DNA of 64,000 nucleotides from Octopus sinensis. Lineage: Eukaryota. The position numbers were made by a program, and so were the translations under genes. Below the pieces are notes generated by a model. It did not search any database, had not been told where the DNA came from, and worked only from the letters and a program-made list of their open reading frames with translations. How positions within the stretch are numbered: position 1 is the first letter of the stretch; each line of letters starts with the position of its first letter. The stretch covers positions 154,876,001-154,940,000 of the forward strand of contig NC_042997.1 in NCBI RefSeq assembly GCF_006345805.1, read 5' to 3'. Below, piece by piece: positions 36,160-49,720 of the stretch.

Positions 36160-38600
36160 TATAGCTTTAGTTAAGTATACACAAAAAAAACTGAGACCCA
36201 GAATGTGTCAGTGAAAGATTTATTTAATTAAACACATGAGGATGACAGCTGCCAATCAACTCCTGCTTCGTAGAAGTCTGCTTAACCGGAAGTCAGCTTC
36301 GACGACTGAAGAAATCAAGTGGTCACCACTGACCATTGATGCGCGGTTTCAAAGTGCCTCCAATGGCTGTATCGGAGGCACCGACTGTAAGTGCAGTTCA
36401 AGCTGACTTATGAGGATGGGACAAAACGGTTGCTTTAGCCAGGGCTTGTTTTGTGGATTTGAAGGCTGAGGTCATTGCACCATCCCACTCCACCTGTCTT
36501 TTTGAACTATCTTTTCACAGTGCCTTGGTGTCGGTATCTCATCACTCTTGCTGCAGAAGGGATGAAGCGATGGTAAAAATTTACTATACCCAGAGATTAG
36601 TGTAGAGCCTTGCTTGTGGTGGGGCGTGGAACGGATAAGGTAACTTTCACTTTTCTGGCAGGTGGTTAGCACCAGCGCCTGTGATTCGATGTCCCAAGAA
36701 GTCGTTTTCTGTATAACCAAAAACACACTTGGAGGGGTTGATTACTAGACCATACTGTTCCAGTCTATCAAAAACAGTACTAGGTGCTTCTTGTGTAGCT
36801 CCGCATTTTGGCTTGCGATAAGAATATCATCTAAATATGCAAGGACAAAATGAAGACCCCTGTACACGGTGTCTATCAAGTTTTAGAAAGATCGTGCTGC
36901 GTTTTTCAGGCCAAAGACTGTACGTAGGAATTCATACAGCCCGAAAGGAGTTATCACAGCGGTTTTAGGTACATCATTGTCTTGTACTGGTATTTGGTGG
37001 TAACCTCGGACGAGGTTGACCTTCGAGAAAACCGAGCACCCGGCTTGCTTGTGAGGAATAGGGTAGCGGTCGAGTGTCGTGTCTGTGAGGATCCCAACCC
37101 CAGTTGAGTTTCGGTGCCACATGTAGTGGTGACATGCAGTGGTGACGACCAGGGACTGCTTGATCGGCGAACAATGCCCAACGCCTCTATATTGTCAAAC
37201 ACGGCCTTTGCGATAGCAAGTTTGTTTGGTGATAGACGACGTGTGCAGCTGTGCACTGGTGGGGGGATGTCATGTGTCACTCCGTGGCAGGCTGCAGATT
37301 TGGAGAATGTTGGTGTAGTGAGATTTGTGCGACTCGCAAGGAGATTCGTGAATTCGTTCTCGGTATAAGAGACGTTTGCTATGCGGGAAGCGGTATATGC
37401 AGATGTTGCCAGAGACACGGAAGCGTATGTGTTACTGTTGATGAATCGTCTCCTCCGCAAATCAACCAATAACAAGTGTGCTCGAAGAAAGTTTGCCCCG
37501 ATAATGGACTGATGGACATCGGCGATGGTGAATGCCCGTGTGTATTTATGTGAGCCGATGTTGCGAAAAGGATGCGATGACCGTACGCTTCGATTGTGGT
37601 CCCGCTTTCCGTAACGGAGGTCCCATGCCGACGCTGGGATCATGCTGACTTCTGCTCCTATATCGATTAGGAACCTACGTCCGGAGCTCCGATCGCGGAC
37701 GTAGAGGAACAGTTGATCGTGTTTGCCGGCCACCAGGGTATTCAATGGCAGCTGGCCCTGGAATTTCCCGGGGCCGATGGCCAAGGGATCCTGAAACTAC
37801 ATGGCTGTTTGCACTTCATAGCCTTTTTCCCGAAGTTTGTATGATAGAACAGGTCGTCTTGCTTAACTCTACCATGTCTCGGGGCCGACCCTAAGGCGTT
37901 GACTGTAACACCACTGGATAAGAAATGCTTGTTGGCTGCTTTCGCTAACTGCTGCGAGTCTTTGAGTTATGAGGGCCTGGACCAGGGGTGGTAACTTGCA
38001 GAGGAATATTTCCATAAACAAAAAGGTGACTCACCAGGGGGAAATAATGTCAACATCTTGTCCATCAACTCCGAAGGCTTAGAATCACTTAATTCTTCCT
38101 CCAGTATCTTCGCTGCTGCTTCCCAGTCGCTCCGCCGGATTGTATCCACCAGCCTGTCTTTTAACGGGGTGTGTTTGTGCATTGAAGAGGGTTGGGTTAA
38201 AATGTCCATCACCCTTGTTGCCGTGTCTTCATCTAGTGCCACTACTATGTACGAATATTTCGTTAGGTCTGAAGTTACTTTGCGTATGTTAAATTGCGCT
38301 TCCACCTGCGTTAACCATAGCGCAGCCCTCTTTGACCAGAACTGTGGTGCCTTCAGAGCTGCTGTGTGATCGCTTGCCATGGTTCTGTGATTTCTTGTTT
38401 GCTGCGATGCGCGAATCGAAAGCTGTTGCTTCTTTGTGGGGTCACCAGTTATAGCTTTAGTTAAGTTACACACAAAAAAAATTAACGGAGACCCAGAATG
38501 TGTTAGTGAAAGATTTATTTAATTAAACATATGAGGGTGACAGCTGCCAGTCAACGCCTGCTTCGTAGAAATCCGCTTAACCGGAAGTCAACTTCGCTGC
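36160..38600 (-). mobile_element. Ty3/Gypsy (Mag-like) LTR retrotransposon derivative: gag-PR-RT-partial RNase H, no integrase
   Basis: Direct repeats 36160-36329 and 38450-38600; PBS TGGTGACCCCA at 38437-38447 (-). Gag has APQFW...WLTQVEAQF...TKY; PR has FLIDIGAEVS; RT has SSPWSSPLHV, DRYPIP, KTAVITPFGLYEF, AYLDDILI; GASDTAIGG then abuts the 3' LTR. Confidence 0.9.
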
Positions 38601-39765
38601 AGACCAGCTCTCTGGCTAGTCCGCAGCGAAGTTTCTGTCCTAAATCCTTGGGCAGTACCTACCGCGCCGTTTCTATTTTCTTTTCTCCCGTTCTACCATT
38701 CTATTACGTAACCATGCGTTTATTCCCTTCAATGTATGCAGTATATAAAAAGAGATAAAGGGAGAGAGAGAGGGGGGAGAGTATGTTTAAGTATGTACCC
38801 GCACACTTGCTTGATTAAGACCAAACAATCTTTAAAAAAACATTGACCGAACACCAACAAAAGGCTATTCTTTCCAGAGTGTGTCGAATCACACAGATAC
38901 TTCCATGACAACGACAGTGAGAAAATACCTCCGCCCCGCCACTCTCTACAGTTATCAAGACATCCGCGTATGAATTTGCCATTACTATATGCCCAGGCAT
39001 CTGTATGAGTATGTGAGAAATTAAGCGAATGTGTGCATGAGGCTATTTGCGAGAGTATGTGTATCGTTACACGAGCTAATAACCTAATAACTTGACCAAG
39101 GCCCAGTCTTGCTTAGTCATCGCTCGAACCACTCTTACTAAGTAAAGCTTAAATTTTCTCAGATATATATAAGAAGTGTTAACATTATGAGAGTAAGTGC
39201 TCTATGCGTGCACGAGTGCGTATGTGAGTGACCGACTGTATATGCATGAGTATGTATGTAACATCGGGGAAAGCATTTATCGTTTATTGTACAATTTGCA
39301 CAATAGGCAAAACAATTCTGCAATAAAGATATTTAAATACCACTTTCTATCTTTAAGAAAATGTAATTTTCTTTCTTTAAAAAAATGTGCTTTAAAAATT
39401 ACGGAAGTGGAACAATTTGAAAGAAATTGTCAGTCGTCAATGGGCGTTGAACGTTTATATTTTGCCTGAAGACATTGATTCTATAGAAGTATTGAATTTT
39501 CTCTTTTTACTCTAATACCGCTTGTTAATTAACAATACGATAATATTGTGTGTGTGTGTGTGTAATAAAATTGAGCCTTTACGATGATTTAAAATGACAG
39601 TAATCAGTACCTGTTCACAGAAAGCCGAGTTAAAAATGTATTCGTTATTCTCGACTTTACAATGAATGAAATATTTTCAAATTTCACATTCCAAAATATG
39701 TAAATCTTCATTGTTGATAAAATCAAGCGCAAATGGATGCTATTTTATTGTTTTCACTGTTAAAG

Positions 39766-39990
39766 GAGGTGACTTGGCAGAATCTTTAGTGTACCGGACA
39801 AAAATTGTTAGCGGTATTTCTTCTGGCTATACATGCTTTCGAGGTCCAAACTCCGCCGAGATCGAATTAGTCTTTCATCCTTGCGGAGTCGTTAAAATAA
39901 GTACCAGCTGAGCACTGTGGTCGATGTATTCGATTAGCCCCCTCCCCACTAAATTTCAGGCTTTGTCCCTATAGAAGCAAAAACTGAATA
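39766..39990 (+). mobile_element. SINE S1 copy
   Basis: GGAGGTGACTTGGCAGAATC head and TCTTTCATCCTTGCGGAGTCG centre. Confidence 0.75.
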
Positions 39991-40750
39991 TCATTCCAAT
40001 TAATTTTCTATTAATTTCCATAGCCTTGGTTGCTGGCGTTATATAAATAACAGTTTTTGATTAAAACACAAGGCCATCACTTTTAGGGAAGGAGTTAGTC
40101 GAAACTGTAGATATCAGTATTTGATTGATGCTTTATTTCATCAACCCCTACTGTATGAAAGACGAAGTTGACCCAAATGAAATAGAATGTAAAGGGTTCA
40201 ACTCCCGCCTGAGTCACAGTACCAGTCAAGTATAACGGATCGATGATATTTTCTACCCTCATTCTCTAATTTGCCGGTCTAAATCAGAAACAATTACGTA
40301 AATCGTAGTATACAAACCATTATCCGGATGTTTGAGTTTGACAAACTTTTGAGTTATTAGGGAATAGTAAAGGAAACTGTAAAATCCGAGAGACGAATAT
40401 GTCATATGATATATAAAATAATAGTAATAACGAACGTAGCTTTGTGTATACAAAACATATTTATGTAAAAAGAAATTATATATGTTTTATTATATAATTC
40501 ACACGTGTATCATGGGAAATATAAACACAACACCTTTCTGTTGACAATATATTGCAAACTTGCAATTTATCACCTACTATACGATTTCGGTTAATTACAT
40601 GGGATAATCGTTTAGGCTATAAATGCATTCATACACAGACTCTGCACGTGTGTGTACACGCACGTGTATACATAAATTTATATATGTACATATGTATGTA
40701 TTTCTGTATGTATACATATATACACATGCACGTCGATAGATAGATAGATA

Positions 40751-41720
40751 AGTTTCTTTATTGGCCACACAGGGCTGCACACAGATGGGACAAGTTACAA
40801 GGTAGAGCTTTTCTTTTGGGGGATGAAGAAAACAAAAAAAAAAACAAAAAAAAAGGGGGGGCGTAGGTTTTCGATCAAGAGGGATCATAAAAGGGAAGAA
40901 AAGAACAAAAAAAACTAAATAAATAAATAAAATAAAAAATAAAAGGAATAAAAAAAAGGAAAAGGAAAAGGAACAAGAGAAAAGAGAAATGAAAAAAGAA
41001 GAAAAAAGGGGGGAAAAAAGGGGAAGAGGAAAAAAAAGAACGATCAATAGGAATCGTGTATCACAGTGTTATGATATATGGTGTAAAGGGGAAAGCAAGT
41101 AAGGTTTATCCGTGGGAAGAAAAGCCCACGAAAAAGACCACGGTAACCTTGGTCAATATTGTTATATGTTACCACATTTGTTTGCAAGTGGGTAACCCTC
41201 TGTTTTCAATTTCTGGGTTCATAGGATTATGCTCAAGGTGGCTTCGTCATTCATACGTGCCATCCTTGCTACATTCACCCATCTTTTCTTAAAACATTCG
41301 CTAGACAAAACTTGCCTCTCTACTCTCACTTTCCTCTTCAAGTGGTACTTGAAGAAGTTGATGAGAGATTGACCAGAGAGGAAAGTGTTTGTCTCCAATC
41401 CTTTCAGACGCGTCCACCAGATACATTCTTTCGCCATAGCCACAAGGATTATGAAAATAGCTCTTCCTTCCCGTTTGAAGGAAGGAGGCGTGACAATATT
41501 GACGATAGACTCAGCTGATAAACCGACTCGTCCCACACGTGACAGCAGTTGTTCGACATAAGCCCACAGGTCGGAAATTGTTGGACACTGCACGAGTTCG
41601 TGCAGAACGGTTTCGTCGCTCTGACCGCATCTCAGGCAGGTCGGCCCCGTGTTTCTCGAGCCGTGTCTGTAGAGCTTATCCCGAACGGGTAGCGCTTCTC
41701 GGTAGCACTGCCAGGCCAGG
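40751..41720 (-). mobile_element. Tx1/L1-clade LINE 3' end inserted in (GATA)n
   Basis: ORF ends AWQCYREALPVRDKL...CLRCGQSDETVLHELVQCP (zf-RVT/CCHC-like)...*. A ~460-nt 3' UTR follows with AATAAA at 40757-40762. GATA repeats abut both ends. Confidence 0.88.
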
Positions 41721-41832
<112 letters not shown>

Positions 41833-42049
41833 CTTGCGGGACCCGTGAATATTTTACGAAATTGCATTTCTGCGCATGCGATAAGCGAAGGTGATATAAA
41901 AAAAAACTTAGTTCATTTTTTAAAAAAATACACTTCCCACTATCCAATCACCACCACCTCCTGCACCGTCACTACTACCACCACCACCAACACTACTACC
42001 ACCACCATCATCTCTCTTTCCTCCTAGTTCTCTCTTGCCCGCCTCTCTT

Positions 42050-42089
<40 letters not shown>

Positions 42090-42814
42090 ATTCTCTCTGC
42101 TTTTCTTTAACCTCACCATCAGAACATCACCCCTCTGCTAAAATTATATTTTTAACTCTCCTCCTCTACCTTCAAGTAACTTTTTTAGCCACGTAATATT
42201 ACGTTCCTCCTATTTCACGTCATGAACGCTTTTCTTCCTCTCTTTTCTTTCTCCTTCTTTCTGTCTCATTCTTTGCCTTATCCTCTTTTTCACTCTCTTT
42301 TTCTTTCTGCTTCCTTTCCCTTCAACTAATCCCGTGAAAGCATTACAATTACATTCTCTCTACCTCACGTCATGAACGCTTCTCTCTCCCTCTTTTTCTC
42401 TAATCACAGGAAAACTTTACCGACGGGCTAAGTAACGCAATGACAAGCATAATAAGATTGATCCAATATGATTGAATCACCATGTAAATGGTTGACATAC
42501 ACACTGATTCATGTACTCTTAATTGTCAGATGACATCAGCATGATACAAATGTAACATGGCTGCACACTTGAATTACCGATTCAATCCATTGGATGGGCT
42601 TCCTCTTAGTTTCCATCTACTCAATTTTACTCGAAAAATGACTTTCATCGATACAAGGCAATGAGAAAAGATACTTACCTAAGATGTCATTCAGTAAGAC
42701 CAAACACAGGACGTCGAAATTAACAGACCGAATTCTTCACCGATCAGCCACATACTCACACGCACACACACATACACACACACAAATACTCATGCCCATT
42801 TTATTATTCTTACT

Positions 42815-43985
42815 ACCAAAGGCAAAAAGCCTGAAATTTTGCGGGAGGTTCTCATTTTATCGAGCCCAAAAGGATGAAGGGCAACAATCAGCTTTGGCGA
42901 AATTTGAACTCAGAGTCTAAAACCGGAAAAATGCCGCTAAGCTTTTCTTCAGGTTTCTAACAATCCTGCAAATTTACTGCCTGTTATATGTACATATATT
43001 TTCTTCAATAATATTTTCCTAGTAAAGTTTTTTTGCCAACAGAATGTGGCGGTCCTATATAGGATGATGTTACTGTTGTTTAAACCCCAGGAAAACATCT
43101 TTTCCAGCTGACTATCGGCACACAGTCTGTGTCTGTATAATGTTTGCAAGGGAGGTCATCGCTCCAATCTCCAGCCTTACATGATACCCACCAACCCGTC
43201 CTCGGTGTGAGGCAATCACTGGCTGTTGATGAAGCTTTCTCCACTCGCAAACACTATATATTCTTTAAGCGACACACAGTCGCTGATATTTTCTAATAAT
43301 TTCATATAATATTTTCTTCAATATTTTCATCGAGTAAAAAGCTTGAGATACTTGGAGGAGGGAGTCAGTCGATTACAACGACCCCAGTGTTCGACTGGTA
43401 CTTATTTTATCGAATTCGAAAGGATACAAGGCAATGTCGACCTCAGTGACATTTGAACTCAGAACATAAAGCCGGACAAAATGCCACTAAGTATTTTCTC
43501 CGGTATGCTAAAGATTCTGCCTACTCAACGCGTTAATAATAATGGGTTCAAATTTTGGCACAAGGCCGGCAATTTTGAGAGAAGAGGCTAATCGATTATA
43601 TCGACCCCAGTTATCAGCTGGTACTCATTTTAGTGACCCCGGAAAATGAAAGGCAGAATCTACCTCGGCGGAATTTGAACTCAGAACGTAAAGACGGACG
43701 AAATGCCGCTAGGCATTTTGCTTGGCGTGCTAACGATTCTTCCAGCACGTCGCCTAAAAATACTAACTTCAAATTTTGACACAAGGCCAGCAGTTTCGGT
43801 TGAGGGAGTAAGTCGATCCCGTCGATCCCATTGATCCCAGTGCTTGACTGGTACTTATTTTATCAACCCCGAAAGGATGAAAGACAAAGTCAGCCTCAGC
43901 GGTATTTGAACTCAGAACGTAAAGACTAAAGAAATACTGCTAAGCATGTTGTACAGTGTGCTAACGATCCTACAAGCTCTCCACC
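42815..43985 (-). mobile_element. Cluster of SINE S1 copies (42815-42960; three tandem copies 43325-43985)
   Basis: Repeated GAAAGGATGAAAG(G/A)CAAAGTC...TTTGAACTCAGAAC motifs. Confidence 0.8.
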
Positions 43986-44423
43986 TTTAATATAGACATA
44001 TGTATAATGTCACTTTCTGTATTGAAATATTCAGATTAGATTTTCAAATCAAAGAATTGAAGGAAAGTGGCGGCTTATGTAGCAAAGAAATATAATTATT
44101 CATGTAGTCAAGAATGCATTTAATCCTATCCTAATCCAAATGCTCATTCAACGTTACCAAAGAAATCTGCTCAAAGTCATGAGATCTATAATAATGATTA
44201 TTCGATAGAACTGGATGAGAGAAACTAACTTCAGAAAGATAGCGAGATTTATTCATTGATATAAATATATAATTTCTAAGATTTTAATCATCTATAATCA
44301 ATAAAGGGATTGATATATTGATATAATTAAATAATTTCTGAGATCTTAATCAGCTAAAATCAATATGGTCATTCACAATGAATATGCCCAATATTACATA
44401 TGAAGAAGCGCAATCAGTAATAT

Positions 44424-44504
<81 letters not shown>

Positions 44505-44874
44505 TAGATAGATAGAAACATATATGTTTGCGCGTGTGTACATGTATGTCTGTATATATATATATATATGCATGTATGTATGTGTGTATGTATGTATGCA
44601 CGTGCGCGCGTGTGTGTTCGTTTGTGCATGTATATATTATGCTTAGATATATTAATTTCCTATTTTAAACTGACGCCGATTGTTTGTTCATTCTGTTTTT
44701 TCTTTCTACTGTACATGATGTACATGCATCCATCCGTGCATATATGCACACACACACACACGCGCATATGTATATTTTATATAGATAGATATATAGACAG
44801 CTAGATAGATACCTACATAATACACACATACATACATGCATACATAATCATATATATATATATATATATATATT

Positions 44875-45495
44875 ATACTAAGCAATTAAGGGTTTAGCAA
44901 CGAATTGCCTCACCACACACCGAATTTAGAAATAGCAGTCAAAGAGTTATAGCTATTCTTTCTACTAAAAGGGAGATATCAGTAAAAACACAGCACTTGA
45001 AATGCAAACACAGACAGGTAAGAGAGAATGAAATGACGGCAATCTATCATACAATTTTAAGTCACCTACGGACGTACGTTTCGAAAATAAGTTTTAGGAA
45101 AGCATAAGAATTAGATAATTATATCTTACCCAACTTCTTTTCTCATCAGCGTAGGACACTACAATTATGAATAATTGTATATTAAATTTCGAGATACTAG
45201 AAGGCATCATCTCAACTCAGTATCAGAGCGAGCTAAAGCCGTTACCAGTATCACCAATTCAAAGTGTGAATGAAAGTTTGTGTCACCAACCCCCTCCCAC
45301 CAACGTGCAGCCAAGACAAGATGCTGTGGTCATTTACTGGGATGAAATATGGTTATCAGTAACAATATAGGTGAAATTAATTAATTTGGAATAATCATTA
45401 ATTACACCAAGTAGATTTCGGCATGTAAAAGCCTCATTCGAGGAAAGTTTAAGTAATACTAAGCAATTAAGGGTTTCGCAACGAATTGCCTCACC
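44875..45495 (-). mobile_element. Non-coding 581-nt monomer with 40-nt terminal redundancy, (TA)n on both sides; retrozyme-like
   Basis: ATACTAAGCAATTAAGGGTTT(A/C)GCAACGAATTGCCTCACC occurs at 44875-44914 and 45456-45495. Confidence 0.85.
45065..45155 (-). ncRNA. Canonical type I hammerhead ribozyme
   Basis: CCUACG-CUGAUGA-GAAAAGAAG...CUUAUUUUC-GAA-ACGUACGU-C-CGUAGG: perfect 6-bp stem I, G10.1-C11.1, extended stem II, palindromic stem III, GUC triplet. Cleavage 45071/45070. Confidence 0.9.
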
Positions 45496-45612
45496 CTATA
45501 TATATTATTTCACCCTATATATATTATATATATATTATACATATATATTATATATACATATATATTATATATATATATATATACATACATATATATATAT
45601 ATATATAAGAAG

Positions 45613-45986
45613 CAAGTTTAAAATAACGGTTATTACATATAGTTCCTTTATTAGAGCAAATTTGGCTCACAGCTGTTTCCAGTAATCATTATAGGTACAT
45701 TACTGATAAGTTTACCCAATTAGTTTATTGATCAATTGAGGTAAATTGAACGACCTAAGAAAATTAACACCACTTTCGTCGGAGCCATTTCTGGTTATAA
45801 CAAACTTGTGGTAACCAGAAATGGCTCTGGCCGAAAGTACTGGGTTTCTTCAATTTGCCTCAATTGATCAATAGATCAGTGGAGTGAACCTATCAGTAAT
45901 GTACATATGATGATTACTGGAAACAGCTGTAAGCCAAGTTTGCTCCAATAAAGGAATAATATGAAATGACCGTTGTTTTTAACTTG
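45613..45986. mobile_element. Fold-back element (~180-bp arms), each arm a decayed hammerhead plus tail
   Basis: The arms are diverged reverse complements. Stem I is UGGCU/AGCCA; cores are CUGGCCGA and CCGACGA (consensus CUGACGA); stem III is ACAGCUGU. Confidence 0.75.
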
Positions 45987-46019
45987 TGTGTCTCTGTCTG
46001 TGTGAATTCTTTTATTTCT

Positions 46020-46670
46020 TTTAATGCTTTCAGCCAGAAGCCTGGACCATGCTGGATACTGTTTTTCAGTGTTTTTTAGTCTCCTTTCAATACTATTTTT
46101 TGGTGAAGTTAGATAGTCGTAGCTGCCCTTCTTTATGCCTCTTGTCGTGATGTAAACTCATCTGGGATTTCAGATAGAAGTTTGTCCAGGTGCTTTTTGA
46201 ACGCTTCCACATCTACACCTTGCAGATCTCTTAAGTTCTTTGGTAAGATGTTAAACAGTTGTGGTCTCCTGAAACCCAAGTTGTTGCAATACTGGGTCCT
46301 TATCTGAGATGAAGAAAACAGTATCTTTGGTATTATGCAGTGCCGTCCAGATCAGTGAGTGGTATAGCTTATAATTCCAAACTTGGGAGCTAGACCTTCC
46401 ATGATCTTCCATATGTATATTATAGCATATCTTTCTCACCTCTCCAGGCAGTAGAGCTTTAGTTCTTGTTGCCTTTCCCGTAGCTCATCTATTTCACCAA
46501 GTCAATCTTCTGGTGCAGTGGCGCTGGATTGCCTCAAGTTCCACCGCCAGTTTGACGCTCTGCAGCCACCACAGTTGAGAGCAGTAATGCAGACGACTGA
46601 TGGCAAATGTCCTCCATAGGAGCAGCAAGGTACCTTATTTCTGGTTCTGAATGGCCTAAGCATCCATCAA
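46020..46670 (-). mobile_element. CR1/L2-like LINE 3' fragment, decayed
   Basis: ERYAIIYIWKIMEGL, QLFNILPKNLRDLQGVDVEAFKKHLDKLLSEIPDE; related to the 17015-17310 element. Confidence 0.85.
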
Positions 46671-47019
46671 GCTACTCGCCTACACAGTGTTGCCATATTG
46701 GCAATATGCACATGAAATTTTGCATCACTATATACAGGTACAGGTATGACAGTGTGATTAAGAAGTTTGCTTCCCATTCACATGATTCTGGAGTCAGTCT
46801 TACTGCGTGGCACTGCTTACACGTCTTATACTTTAGCCCCAGGTCGACCAATGCTTTGTGAGTGGATTTGGTTGAAGTAAACTGAAAGAAGCACTCCATA
46901 CGCAATACCATTCCACATACCGAACAACATGCAAGATAATCTACAATGTATAACATATGGCAGAAAAAGTAGTCGGGTTATATTAGATGACAGAATTAAG
47001 CATTTGTAAAATAGTGAGT

Positions 47020-47222
47020 TAACAGGATCGTTAACAAACCGGACAAAATGCTTCGTGGCGATTCATATCTTTACGTTCTGAGTTCAGATTGTGCCATGGT
47101 GGACTTTGCCTTCCATTCTTTTGGGGGTGGGTGAAATAAGTACCACTAACTACGGGGACGCTGTTATTTCCTTCCCCTCCCCTCAAAACTACCGGCGCTG
47201 TGCCAAAAATGTAAAACCATTG
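47020..47222 (+). mobile_element. SINE S1 copy
   Basis: TACGTTCTGAGTTCAGATT...GGACTTTGCCTTCCATTCTTTTGGG. Confidence 0.7.
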
Positions 47223-47469
47223 CTATGCAATTGTATAAAGAAAGGATAAATGGTTACTAGATATTTTTTTGTTGCTCTTTTTGTCGTTGTTGTGACTGCT
47301 GTTGTAGTTATTATTATTGGTGATGATGATGATGATGATGATGTGGTTGTGTAGCCCGAGGTCAGCCTTGATCAACCAGATACATACATGCATGCATTCA
47401 TGCATGTATATAAGTATGTATGTATATGTGTGTGTTACCACCCAGGCTCTTATTTTTGAGACACAATAT

Positions 47470-47777
47470 CACGTGATCACGTGACCGACCAGGCCATCAG
47501 ATGTTGCTACACATTGCTGGCCACAATGCGCTTCACATTGTTTTAGCCTTCAATGACGCCACCCTGCTTGCTTAGCGAGCAAGCCAACAGAAGAAAGAGT
47601 GAGAGAAAGTTGTGGCGAAAGAGTACAGCAGGGATCGCCACCACTCCCTGCCGGAGCCTCGTGGAGCTTTAGGTGTTTTCACTCAATAAACACTCACAAA
47701 GCCCGGTCTAGGAATCGAAACCGCGATCCTACGACCGCGAGTCCGCTTCCCTAACCACTAGGCCATTGCGCCTCCAC
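47470..47777 (-). mobile_element. Full-length tRNA-derived SINE with 12-bp TSD
   Basis: Head GTGGAGGCGCAATGGCCTAGTGGTTAGGG...GGTTTCGATTCC; tail TCACGTGATCACGTG; TSD GAGACACAATAT at 47458-47469 and 47778-47789. Confidence 0.88.
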
Positions 47778-49305
47778 GAGACACAATATATCTTATCCTG
47801 TGTGACCTTCCCACTTTTAAGACGGCAGAAGCGTTTTCGTTGGACCTGTAAGTGTATATAATTAATTCAGATATCGTTTAGTGAGAAAAATGATATTGTT
47901 TGCGAAAGAAAGTAGGGAATGTGATTAGTATTTGAATAAAAAAAATGAATGCTGCATTTACCATGTATAGAAAGATTATTTGTTGGAATAAGTGTAATAT
48001 TAATAAAGATAGAAGAAGTCTCTTACGATAGAGATGTATTATGTTCGTGTGTGACTATTTAAGTTGATATATGAGTATTTGTAACGTGTGGAGGTTTAAA
48101 GTTTAGCTTCTGCGAAATATAAAACAAGTTTACGAGAAGCGACTCAAGAAATGTATACTCCATTCCATTAGAGTCCTACCGAGAAAACTGATCACCATGC
48201 AAACGGCGTTTTCCCTGGAATAGACAGAATATGTGATATTATTATTGCCAATATTTGAATATTGCAATTACGTGGGGTGTTATACGAGGTCTTCTATTTA
48301 CTAAAATTCATATCATTTATCAACGCAGATAGCATTATTTTTCTCCCTTTTTTTTATTTTTGTTTTCTATTTTCAGTGTACATTTAAGTAATGCTTACAA
48401 ACATAACAAACGAAAAACGATAAATAACCATTAATAAGGAATATTTTATACCAATTGGGGAGAAAGCAGTTTGTAATGGTTCGTTTGAAAGAAAAGTATC
48501 TACTATCTATACTGGTGGATAATCTCTAGAATATGTCACGCTGTTCCTTCAACGAAATACAAACAAAATGTAGAAATATATAACTATAACAATGTGTCAA
48601 GCATTTCATGATTAATGCTTATTTTAATGTTGGCGCAGATTCTTGAATCCAACTCTCTCTCTCTCTCGACGTCTATAAAATATTATTCAAGCTACTGATT
48701 CAATTCAAGCTACCGATTCTTCAACAAATGTTCGTCTTGCTTTTTATTTAAGAAATATTGGATATAATATCACTGTTGTTATTAGTAATGGTGGCGTTGA
48801 TGGTGGTGGTGACGTTGATGGCGGCGTGACGGTATTTGGTGGTGGCGGTGGTGGTACTAAAATCCAGATCATCACAGATCCACAGATTATGATCAAAGAC
48901 CTACGATAATCTTATGTTTTCTTTTTGGCTCGTTTTCTTTTGGTGGGAAGTGTGGGGGTCTGTTTTTTACTGTTTCAGTTGTATATATTTACTCCCACAG
49001 TATCCAATGTGATTGTTCTAAAAACAGTTGGGTGTAACTTAAAGGAGATTTGGCTGTTAGTGTGATTTCTAAAAAGTTTTAGTGACCATGATGATCTTCT
49101 CTTGGATCGACCAATAGAATTATTTGTTTATTTACTTCAGATACCTATTGATAGTAGTAAAACAGTCAGATAAAGTTCATAAGGAGAAAGGGAGGCTGAG
49201 AGAGACGGGTCAGTCTTAAAATCTCCTTTATACTGGTAAATTTTAAGTTCCAACAGCATACATACATACATATATATATATATACATGTGTGTATGTGTG
49301 CGTGC

Positions 49306-49383
<78 letters not shown>

Positions 49384-49389
49384 TAGTGC

Positions 49390-49720
49390 ACATGTGTATA
49401 CAACCAACCTTTCCCTCTCCTGGGGGTCGAATACCGCAGCTGATACCTTACTGTGCCACCAGTTCTAACATCCACCTATGCCTCCTGCTTCCCAATTCTA
49501 GCGAATACAGCCCGGAGATACTTAAATTTTGCCACTCGCCTTAGTGATGTTCCAATAACGTGCAGAGAACTCTGGGAAACTTTCTTGAGAGGGCCATCGT
49601 CTCAGTCTTTGTAAAATTAATTCTGATCCCAGCGTTACAGCACTCAACAGCAAACCTGTTCAGTGTATGCTGGTGATTACCATCTCATTAGTCAAGTAGC
49701 ATCATGCATTCTAAAAAAAA
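49390..49720 (-). mobile_element. RTE-clade LINE RT fragment
   Basis: FAVECCNAGIRINFTKTETM and IGTSLRRVAKFKYLRAVF...VDVR, across frameshifts. Confidence 0.7.
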
